Part shown: positions 29,998 through 37,654 of the stretch, piece after piece
Layout of the letters: the number at the start of each line of letters is the position of its first letter
How positions within the stretch are numbered: the first letter of the stretch is position 1
From: Vicinamibacteria bacterium
Lineage (GTDB): Bacteria > Acidobacteriota > Vicinamibacteria > Fen-336
DNA length: 64,000 bases
Assembly (NCBI GenBank): GCA_023701125.1
Contig: JAMPXO010000003.1
Span: 32,391-96,390, forward strand
Direction of reading: 5' to 3'
Notes under the pieces: model-generated
The model's input: only the letters and a program-made list of their open reading frames with translations
What the model was told of the DNA's origin: nothing
Database searches by the model: none
Made by a program: the position numbers and the translations under genes

Positions 29998-30019
29998 GGC
30001 CGTCCGGAACCGGACGGCC
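29998..30019. promoter_or_regulatory. 22-bp perfect palindrome: terminator of the lipid operon and/or bEBP upstream activating site
   Basis: GGCCGTCCGG-AA-CCGGACGGCC. It lies 11 nt after the stop of the CDP-alcohol transferase gene and roughly 95 bp upstream of the predicted sigma-54 start site. Confidence 0.45.
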
Positions 30020-30029
30020 CGGCCCGAGG

Positions 30030-30773
30030 CTAGCGGGAGCGCTCGATCAAGCGCCTCGAGATCCAGATCGTGCGATGGGTCGCGGTCCAGAAGGTGCCGA
30101 CCGCGATCGCGCCGAGCACGAACAGCGACGGCGTCCCGCTCTGCCAGCCGAAGCGCTCGCACAGCGCCGTGTCGGACAGGCAGACGAGACAGGTGAGCAC
30201 GAGTCGCTCCGCGCGCTGCATCAGGCCCTCCTTGCACAGCACGCCGAGCGACTCGCCGCGGGCCCGCGCGTAGCTGACCAGCAGCGAGCCGGACAGCGCC
30301 GCGGCGGCCACCAGCGCACCGTGCTCGCGGTCGCGCAGGAAGTAGACGAAGCCGAGCAGGCAGAACACCTCGACGAAGCGGTCCAGCGTGCTGTCGATGA
30401 ACTTGCCGTAGTCCGAGTCGAGCTTGCGCGCGCGCGCGATGCGGCCGTCGAGGATGTCGCAAACGCCGCCGGCCGCGATCGCCCAGCCGCCGGCCTCGAG
30501 GTGACCGAGCCCGATGCAGACGCCCGACACCGCGCCGAAGAACAGGCCGGCGAAGTTGAACACGTCGGGCGTCGCCCCCATCGCGAGGAAGAGCCGCTCG
30601 ACCGGCCCGATCACCCACATGAACCAGTGAACCAGGAAGTTGCCCGCGCCGCCCGCGAACTGGGTGTTCTTCTTCGTGGCGTCGGCGTCGCGACCTGCGC
30701 CGGTCAGGGCGAACACGGCCATCGAGGCGAACGCGGTGCCGAAGATGGCGAGAAGGATCTGCAAGCTGCTCAT
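30030..30773 (-). CDS. CDP-alcohol phosphatidyltransferase family protein
   Basis: DILDGRIARARKLDSDYGKFIDSTLD matches the DGx2ARx8Gx3Dx3D signature. Multi-TM, 247 aa. Confidence 0.85.
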   Translation of the reverse strand: MSSLQILLAIFGTAFASMAVFALTGAGRDADATKKNTQFAGGAGNFLVHWFMWVIGPVERLFLAMGATPDVFNFAGLFFGAVSGVCIGLGHLEAGGWAIAAGGVCDILDGRIARARKLDSDYGKFIDSTLDRFVEVFCLLGFVYFLRDREHGALVAAAALSGSLLVSYARARGESLGVLCKEGLMQRAERLVLTCLVCLSDTALCERFGWQSGTPSLFVLGAIAVGTFWTATHRTIWISRRLIERSR

Positions 30774-31709
30774 CTACCGTTTCCCCCTGGAGTCCTTGGT
30801 GGCGAAGTAGCGCACGACCCGCGGCCACAGGAACACGAGCGGCCAGCGGCGCTCGCGCGGGGTCAGCTCGATCCGCTGCCCCGTGTGGCGCTCCGCCTTG
30901 CGCACGATGTAATCGAGCCAGTCGTCGAAGGTGACGACGTACTTGGCCCAGCGCAGCGTCGCGCGCAGGCGCGAGCGCTGGAAGAAGATCCACAGCCGGG
31001 CCCGCTCGGCCGAGCCGACCCGCCGCACGAGCGCGAAGCGGCCCGGCGCGACCTCGCGCAGTGCCCCCCGCGCCGCCGCCTCGGCCAGCACCGGGGCGAA
31101 CGCGGGCACCTGCTGCACCCGCTGCGCGTTCCACAGTGCCTCGGCGCGCCCGGCGGGCTCGGGCCGGATCTCGTGCCGCATCGAGACCTGCAGCGCACGA
31201 TGGCAGAACTGCTCGGCGTCGAAGCTCTCCGGCAGCCACGGCCGCGCCCAGTCCAGGGTCACCCGCCGTGCCTCGGCCAGCGCCGTGTCCGCCGCGGTCC
31301 GGGCCTGCTCGTCGGCGGCATAGACGATCGACGCGGGCTGGAACAGCCGCCCCGCGCAGAAGTGGTCGTGGCGGCGTGGCCCGGTCTCGCGCACGAGCGT
31401 CGCCAACTGGATCACCGCGCACTTCGCCGTGCGCTCGCCCGCGCGGACCCGGACCTGGTTGGGCGCCAGTACCGCGTTGATCGAAGCCGCCAGCCCGGGC
31501 GAGCGCCGGTAGGCCCCGGCTCGAACCAGCGCCTCGTAGAACGGGGCGTAGTCGGAGACCGCGACGAAGAAGTCGTAGCCGCTGTGGGGATCCGTCGGCG
31601 TGCCCGTGCGACGCGAGCCGAAGAACACGATCGCCCGCACGGCCTCCCCGCCGACCCGGGCGACCGCCGCGGCGAGGTCGCGCGCGTCCGGGGCCACCTC
31701 GCCCACCAT
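30774..31709 (-). CDS. Tam41/Mmp37-like nucleotidyltransferase (putative lipid-phosphate cytidylyltransferase)
   Basis: ATG 31709 in ORF 30774..32582. FFGSRRTG...GYDFFVAV NTase motif. AKCAVIQLATLV...FCAGRLFQP resembles Tam41 KYGVVS..TLL...YLAGRLQKP. 311 aa. Confidence 0.6.
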   Translation of the reverse strand: MVGEVAPDARDLAAAVARVGGEAVRAIVFFGSRRTGTPTDPHSGYDFFVAVSDYAPFYEALVRAGAYRRSPGLAASINAVLAPNQVRVRAGERTAKCAVIQLATLVRETGPRRHDHFCAGRLFQPASIVYAADEQARTAADTALAEARRVTLDWARPWLPESFDAEQFCHRALQVSMRHEIRPEPAGRAEALWNAQRVQQVPAFAPVLAEAAARGALREVAPGRFALVRRVGSAERARLWIFFQRSRLRATLRWAKYVVTFDDWLDYIVRKAERHTGQRIELTPRERRWPLVFLWPRVVRYFATKDSRGKR

Positions 31710-31714
31710 CGCGC

Positions 31715-32548
31715 TCAGGCCGGAAGCGCGGGCTGACCCGCCGCCGCGCCGCCCTCGGGCTCGCGGCCGCGCATCTGCGCCAGGTGCGCCCGCATGCGGG
31801 CCTCGATCTGCTCCACGAACGCCGGCAGCACCGCGGGGTCCGTCGGCGCCTCGAGCACCGCCGCGACCTCGGTCCGGCCGCGCAGGTGGTGGACGTTGGT
31901 GACGAAGTCGACGAAGGTGCGCGCCTTCCAGAAGCCGTCGGTGACGACCAGCGTGACCGGGGCGCCGGGCTGCTCGCGCAGGATCGCCAGCAACCCGCCC
32001 GTGCGGAAGCCGCCGAGCTCGCCGTTCTTCGTCCGGTGCCCCTCGGGGAACAGCGCGAAGGTGCGGGCCTGGGTCGCGGCCAGCCGCGTCAGCAGGTCGA
32101 CCGCGCCGCGCGCGTCGCGCTTCGGGTCGATCCTGGGCCCGTCGATCAGCCAGATGCCGCCGCCGACCAGCGGGACGTACCAGTGCCCGTAGCGCTGGCG
32201 GGCGATGAAAGCCGGGATCGCCGGGCTCGCCATCAGGCTCAGCGCGGGGATGTCGAGCAGCGACTGGTGGTTCATCACGACCAACCCGCGGCCGCGGGTG
32301 TCGACCTGGCCGACGCGGACGAAGCGGGCGCCGCCCAGCTTGAAGAAGAAGAAGATCCCGGTGCACGTCATGCGGAAGTACCAGAGCGCGATCCGCGACC
32401 GCCAGCCGGGCAGCAGCGCGCAGAGCGGGATCGCGAGCAGGTACATGATCGGCCCGCACGGGAACGCCATCCAGCTCAGCACGAGCAGGAACGAGACCGC
32501 GCTGCGGACCTGACGCAGGCGTTCGACGAACGACACGCCAGCCGTCAC
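31715..32548 (-). CDS. PlsC-type (lysophospholipid/1-acyl-G3P-like) acyltransferase, membrane anchored
   Basis: GTG 32548 overlaps the upstream stop (GTGA). HX4D motif NHQSLLD, plus FPEGHRT. N-terminal TM segments. Confidence 0.8.
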   Translation of the reverse strand: MTAGVSFVERLRQVRSAVSFLLVLSWMAFPCGPIMYLLAIPLCALLPGWRSRIALWYFRMTCTGIFFFFKLGGARFVRVGQVDTRGRGLVVMNHQSLLDIPALSLMASPAIPAFIARQRYGHWYVPLVGGGIWLIDGPRIDPKRDARGAVDLLTRLAATQARTFALFPEGHRTKNGELGGFRTGGLLAILREQPGAPVTLVVTDGFWKARTFVDFVTNVHHLRGRTEVAAVLEAPTDPAVLPAFVEQIEARMRAHLAQMRGREPEGGAAAGQPALPA

Positions 32549-33438
32549 GGGACCAGCACCTCCAGCGCGGCCGGCTCGACATGCACGTCGAGGGTGTCTG
32601 CGTGGGCGCGGTTCCACTCGCCGTCCGTCTCGTAGGTCGGCGCCGTCTCGAAGCGCAGCCTGAGCCGCGCGGGCTGGCCCATCTTCACGTCGGGCGCCTG
32701 CTCGTGGGTCCCGCGCAGCAGCTTGCCCATCAGCGAGAGCCGACGACCGAGGCCCATGTTGGCGAAGGCGACCGAGTCCAGCCGGCCGTCGCCGAGGTCG
32801 GCCCCGGGCGCAATCTTGAAGGCGCCGCCGAACACCCGCGCGTTGGCGACGATCAGCATCAGCAGGTCGTGGGCCTGCTCGGGCTGGTCGTCCGCGGTGA
32901 TCCACACCCGGAAGCCCGGGAAGTTCCGCAACTGGCGCAGCGCGCAGTACAGGTAGAGCAGGTCACCCTGCAGCCGGGTCACCGTCCACGAGTCCTCGAG
33001 CACGGCGACATCGAAGCCGAACCCGAGCACGTTCAGGAAGCGCTTGCCTTCGACGACGCCGACGTCCACGCGTCGCGTGCGTCCCGCGGCCAGGATGTGC
33101 AGGCACTGCCGCAGGTCCTTGCCCGGGATGCCCAGCGTCTTGACGAAATCGCAGCCCGTGCCGCCGGCGATGAAACCGAGCCGGGTCGGCTTGCCCGCCT
33201 CGAGCACGCCGTTCGCCGCATTGCCCCAGGTGCCGTCGCCGCCGACCGCGACGATCGTCCCGAAGCCCCGCGACGCCGCTTCGCGCGCCAGGCGACGCTC
33301 GTCGCCCGGCGCCTCGGTCAGGCCGTGGTCGACCTCGAAGCCCTGCGCGCGCAGCCACGAGGTGACCGGCTCGATGAGCGTGGCGCCGCGCCCCTTGCCG
33401 GAGCGCGGGTTGAACACGACGTAGTAGGACGCGGCCAC
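32545..33438 (-). CDS. DAGK_cat / YegS / LCB5-family lipid kinase
   Basis: YVVFNPRSGKGRG and IVAVGGDGTWGNAANG motifs. 297 aa, GTG start. Confidence 0.85.
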   Translation of the reverse strand: MAASYYVVFNPRSGKGRGATLIEPVTSWLRAQGFEVDHGLTEAPGDERRLAREAASRGFGTIVAVGGDGTWGNAANGVLEAGKPTRLGFIAGGTGCDFVKTLGIPGKDLRQCLHILAAGRTRRVDVGVVEGKRFLNVLGFGFDVAVLEDSWTVTRLQGDLLYLYCALRQLRNFPGFRVWITADDQPEQAHDLLMLIVANARVFGGAFKIAPGADLGDGRLDSVAFANMGLGRRLSLMGKLLRGTHEQAPDVKMGQPARLRLRFETAPTYETDGEWNRAHADTLDVHVEPAALEVLVP

Positions 33439-33466
33439 GCGAACGTCCGTCGACGCGCCCGCCCGC

Positions 33467-34135
33467 TCAGGCCGTCTGCAGCGTGAGCAGCGGGTCGAAG
33501 GTCTGCTTCCCGTTCCGCATCCAGATCTCGCGGAACGGCATCGTCGCGACCTCGCCGATCGACAGCGCCCGGTTGAAGGGATGGTCGTGCAGGACCAGCG
33601 CCCCGGTCTCTTCTTCGTGCTCGCTCTGCTCGCCCTGCATCACGATGTTGGCCTGGTAGGCCCCGGAGTCGTCCTTCATGAAGGACTGGTAGAGCTGGTC
33701 CACGGGCTGCCAGGAGTGCTCGCCGATCGACAGGTCCGCGAGCGGCGTGCCGTCGAGGGTGACCTTCGCCGCGAGCGCGCGCTCGGCGCGCACCCACTCG
33801 ATGCCGACGTCCTCCATCCAGTGCGGCAGGTGCCAGCGCTCGATCGCGTGCTCGCGCGCGGCCCGGGTCGTCGTGCCGACCATGTAGGGGTACAGCGCGA
33901 ACTTGGGCAGCCGCTCGCCGGCCTTGACGATCGGCGCGACCATCACCGACATCACGACCTCGCCGTAGGGACCCACCGAGCTCTGGTCGAAATCGAAGCA
34001 GGTCATCGCGAAGATCGACGTGCCGTGGTGCAACTCGGCCAGTTGCAGGTGATCGGGCACGATGCGCCGCGCGTTCTCGGTCGGAAACTCGAAGAAACCG
34101 GCGATGACGTCGGCGTAGCCGTAGACGGTCTTCAA
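33467..34135 (-). CDS. acetoacetate-decarboxylase-fold (ADC-like) protein, function unknown
   Basis: TTG 34135 overlaps the SPT stop (TTGA). ARRIVPDHLQL...FAMTCFDFDQSSVGPYGEVVMSVMV resembles the ADC-family N-terminal beta pattern. The ADC catalytic KK motif is not evident. Confidence 0.45.
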   Translation of the reverse strand: MKTVYGYADVIAGFFEFPTENARRIVPDHLQLAELHHGTSIFAMTCFDFDQSSVGPYGEVVMSVMVAPIVKAGERLPKFALYPYMVGTTTRAAREHAIERWHLPHWMEDVGIEWVRAERALAAKVTLDGTPLADLSIGEHSWQPVDQLYQSFMKDDSGAYQANIVMQGEQSEHEEETGALVLHDHPFNRALSIGEVATMPFREIWMRNGKQTFDPLLTLQTA

Positions 34136-35415
34136 CGGATGATGCCCTCCTCGCGGAGCACGCCCGCGATGACGTGAACGGCCGTCTCGAGATCCTCCTC
34201 GCTGTGCGCCGCCGAGACCGAGACGCGAAGCCGCGACTTGTGCTTCGGCACGGCCGGGTAGGTCACGGGCTGCAGGAACAGGCCACGGTCCTGGACCTTC
34301 TCGGCGACCGCGAACACGCGAGCGTCGTTGTTGACCATCACCGGCATCACCTGCGAGGTCGACTTGCCGATGTCGACGCCTTCCTCCGCGAAGCGGCGGC
34401 GCAGGTAGGCGACGTTCGACCACAGCTTGGTGCGGAGCTGCGGCTCGGACTGGGCGATGCGCAGGCCGGCCAGCAGCCCGGCCGCGACGGGCGGCGCCAG
34501 GTTGCAGGAGAAGAAGCGCGAGCGGCCGAAGGCGTTGACGTAGTCGATCAGGTCGCGGCTGCCGCACACGAAGCCGCCCTGCCCGCCCAGGCTCTTGGAG
34601 AACGTGCCGAGGTGGAAGTCGATCTCGTTGTCGAGCCCGAAGTGCTCCGCCACGCCGCGGCCGTTGGGGCCGAACAGGAACGTGGAGTGCGCCTCGTCGA
34701 TCAGGATGCGAGCGCCGTGGCGCTTGGCCACCTCGACGATCTCGGGCAGCACGCAGACGTCGCCGTCCATCGAGTAGACGCCCTCGACCACGACCAGCTT
34801 CTTGCCCTTGGCCTTCTGCAGCTTGCGCTCGAGGTCGAGCGGGTTGTTGTGGCGGAACCAGAGCGTGTTCGACTTGGCCAGGATCGCGCCGTCGACGATC
34901 GACGCGTGCGAGTACTGGTCGAGGATGATGTAGTCGCCCGAGCGCATCAGCGCGGCGATGAAGCCCACGTTCGCCGAGTAGCCGGTCGGGAACAGGATCG
35001 CGGCTTCCTTGTCCTTGAACTCGGCCATCTCGCGGGCCAGGTCGAGGTGGACCTGCAGGGTCCCGGACAGCATCGGGGAGCCCGAGGCGCCCAGGCCGTA
35101 GAGGTTGGTGGCATCGATCGCCGCCTGCTTGACCTCGGGCCGGTAGGAGATGCCCAGGTAGTTGTAGGAGGCGAGGTTGATCAGGTCCTGGATGCGGCCG
35201 GTCTTGCGGTTGCGGACCCTGACCCGGGACTCCGGGGCGGTCTGCAGCGGCTCGGAGTAGAGGTAGTAGCCGTTCGGCAACGCCTCGCGATACCACTCGT
35301 TGAACGGACCGAGCAGGTTCAGCGGGTCGTCGCCCGCGCCGTAATAGAAATTGCTGTAGTCGTACTCGGCGAACGTCGACGACTTCCCGGGGTCCTTGCC
35401 GTGGACCGGATCCAT
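34132..35415 (-). CDS. spt: alpha-oxoamine synthase, serine-palmitoyltransferase-like
   Basis: ATG 35415 preceded by AAGGAG. LASYNYLGISY (SPT-type SYNYLG), DEAHS, PLP lysine in GTFSKSLGG. 427 aa. Confidence 0.7.
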   Translation of the reverse strand: MDPVHGKDPGKSSTFAEYDYSNFYYGAGDDPLNLLGPFNEWYREALPNGYYLYSEPLQTAPESRVRVRNRKTGRIQDLINLASYNYLGISYRPEVKQAAIDATNLYGLGASGSPMLSGTLQVHLDLAREMAEFKDKEAAILFPTGYSANVGFIAALMRSGDYIILDQYSHASIVDGAILAKSNTLWFRHNNPLDLERKLQKAKGKKLVVVEGVYSMDGDVCVLPEIVEVAKRHGARILIDEAHSTFLFGPNGRGVAEHFGLDNEIDFHLGTFSKSLGGQGGFVCGSRDLIDYVNAFGRSRFFSCNLAPPVAAGLLAGLRIAQSEPQLRTKLWSNVAYLRRRFAEEGVDIGKSTSQVMPVMVNNDARVFAVAEKVQDRGLFLQPVTYPAVPKHKSRLRVSVSAAHSEEDLETAVHVIAGVLREEGIIR

Positions 35416-35462
35416 AGGGCGGTCTCCTTGTGCGCCACGCACCACCGGCACGCGGCAGCGGG

Positions 35463-35471
35463 ATTCTACCA
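35463..35471 (-). promoter_or_regulatory. possible extended -10 (TGGTAGAAT) in front of spt
   Basis: The minus strand reads ...GGCTGGTAGAATCCC... about 47 nt upstream of the spt ATG, inside the 130-nt SDR-spt gap. No good -35 element. Confidence 0.3.
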
Positions 35472-35545
35472 GCCCCGGCCAGCGGCCGGAAGCGCCCACT
35501 GCGGCAAATCGCCGGACGGCTTGGACTTGCGGCGCAGGGAATGCG

Positions 35546-36343
35546 TCAGCGCGGTCGGAACAACTCCCCCGCCAGGCGCCGGGTCAGGCTGCGTGGCACC
35601 AGCGACTGGGCCGCCACGGTGAGCCGGTTCTGCAGGCCGGGGATCACGACCAGGGTCCCCCGCTCCAGGCCGGCGAGCGAGGCGGCCACCACGTCCTCGG
35701 GAGGACTGGCCGGGGTCTTGTCGAACAGCACCTTGTCGGTGCCGGCGACCTGCTGGAACTCCGTCTTGATGTTCCCGGGACAGAGCGCCTGGACGCGGAC
35801 GCCGGTCCCCTCCAGCTCCACTGCCAGCGACTCGGTGAACGAGAGCAGAAACGACTTGGAGGCGGCGTAGACGGCGAAGAACGGCACCGGCTGGAACGCG
35901 GACATCGACACCACGTTGACCACCCGGCCGCGACCGCGGGCGGCCATCGCCGGCACCAGCCGCGCGCACAACTCCACGGTGGTCCGCACGTTCAGGTCGA
36001 TCACCTCCAGCGACGCTTCGACGGGACGTTCGACGAAACGGCCCGTGTCGCCGCGCCCCGCGTTGTTGACGAGCAGGTCGATCTCCCGACCCCGCTTGCC
36101 CAACTCGGCCTCCAGCCGCGCGGGGCCTTCGGGTCGGGCGAGGTCCAGGGTGATGACGTCCACCTGGTCTGCCCCGCCGAGTTCCTCCTGCAGAGCCCTC
36201 AGCCGTTCGACCCGCCGGGCCACCACCACGACCCGCTCGCCGCGGCTGACCAGGGCGCGCGCGAAGGCGGCGCCGATCCCGCTCGACGCGCCCGTGACCA
36301 GCGCCCAAGGCCCGTCCGCCGACTTGTTTCGCCCTCGCGCCAT
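35546..36343 (-). CDS. classical short-chain dehydrogenase/reductase (3-ketosphinganine-reductase-like by context)
   Basis: ATG 36343 in ORF 35546..37183. Motifs TGASSGIG, NNAG and YAASK. 265 aa. Confidence 0.8.
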   Translation of the reverse strand: MARGRNKSADGPWALVTGASSGIGAAFARALVSRGERVVVVARRVERLRALQEELGGADQVDVITLDLARPEGPARLEAELGKRGREIDLLVNNAGRGDTGRFVERPVEASLEVIDLNVRTTVELCARLVPAMAARGRGRVVNVVSMSAFQPVPFFAVYAASKSFLLSFTESLAVELEGTGVRVQALCPGNIKTEFQQVAGTDKVLFDKTPASPPEDVVAASLAGLERGTLVVIPGLQNRLTVAAQSLVPRSLTRRLAGELFRPR

Positions 36344-36517
36344 GCCGCGTCCCTCTTCGGCGAGCGCCCACCCGGAACCGCGGGTCCGTCGCGCTCGTCG
36401 CGGGGCGACAATAGCAGACGGTCCCGCGGGCTTTAGGCTATGCTCCGCCTTCCGCCGCGGGCCGTCGGCCCGGGTACCAAGGGCGCCCCGAAACCGAAGA
36501 GACCTCGAAGACCCGCA

Positions 36518-37624
36518 ATGGCCAACCTCGCCGCCGCCAACGTGATGCACCGCAAGACCCGGACCCTCGTCTCGGTGCTGGCGGTGGCGATGGAAGTCGC
36601 GATGGTGATGGTGCTGGTCGGGCTGGCCAGCGGCACCCTGGGCGAGATCGCCGACCGCCTCCAGAACGTGGGGGCCGACGTGCTGTTCCAGCCGCCGGAC
36701 GCCTCGCTGCTGCTGGGCGCCACGGCCGCCGTGATGCCGGTGAAGTACATCGACATCATGAAGACCGTCCCGGGCGTGGTCGAGGCCACCCCCGTGCTCA
36801 ACTGGCACGTCTCCAAGGTCAAGGGCGAGACCCGGGCGATCAACCTGTGGGCGATCGACTACCCCTCCTTCACCCGCATCTCGGGCGGCTTCGACCTGCT
36901 CGAGGGCCGCGGCCTTGAGCAGCCCCACGACCTCGTGATCGACACCGTGCTGGCCAACGCCAGCGGCCTGCAGGTCGGCGAGGCGATGCCGATGATGAAC
37001 CGCGAGTTCCGCGTCGCCGGCATCTGCCGCGCGGGCGCGGGCGGCCGGCTGTACGCCCGCATCGAGGACGTGCAGGAGGCGATCGGGGAGCCGGGCAAGG
37101 CCTCGTTCTTCCTGGTCAAGGGCACCGACTCGAAGCAGGCCGACGCGCTGGCGCAGGCGCTCCAGGAGAAGTTCAAGGGCCACAAGATCACGCCCGTCGC
37201 CCAGGTTTCGAGGGCGATGCAGGAGAACGCGATCGGCCTCCAGCAGTTCAAGGAAGCGCTGACCGGGATGGCCGTCATCATCTCGTTCATGGTGGTACTG
37301 CTGGCCATGTACACCACGATCATCGAGCGCACCCGCGAGATCGGCATCCTGCGCGCGATCGGCGCGACCCAGGGCAAGGTCGTGCAGTACGTCGTGGCCG
37401 AGAGTTTCCTGATCTGCCTGGCCGGCGTGCTGCTCGGCAACGCACTGGCGGTCAGTGCGCAGTGGCTGCTACCGAAGATTTTCCCGATGCTGAACATCGC
37501 CTTGAGCCGCGAGTGGGCGCTGATCGCCGCCGCTCTCGGCCTCGTCGGCGGGCTGCTCGGCGCGATCTACCCTGCGATCAAGGCCGCCCGCCTCGACCCC
37601 GTGCAAGCACTCAATTTCGAGTAA
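36518..37624 (+). CDS. orphan FtsX/MacB-type ABC permease (no adjacent ATPase)
   Basis: ATG 36518 in ORF 36440..37624. N-terminal TM, periplasmic domain, and FtsX core ERTREIGILRAIGAT. Confidence 0.8.
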   Translation: MANLAAANVMHRKTRTLVSVLAVAMEVAMVMVLVGLASGTLGEIADRLQNVGADVLFQPPDASLLLGATAAVMPVKYIDIMKTVPGVVEATPVLNWHVSKVKGETRAINLWAIDYPSFTRISGGFDLLEGRGLEQPHDLVIDTVLANASGLQVGEAMPMMNREFRVAGICRAGAGGRLYARIEDVQEAIGEPGKASFFLVKGTDSKQADALAQALQEKFKGHKITPVAQVSRAMQENAIGLQQFKEALTGMAVIISFMVVLLAMYTTIIERTREIGILRAIGATQGKVVQYVVAESFLICLAGVLLGNALAVSAQWLLPKIFPMLNIALSREWALIAAALGLVGGLLGAIYPAIKAARLDPVQALNFE

Positions 37625-37654
37625 CTCCGAAAAGGACTTGGCCCCTTTCAGCTC

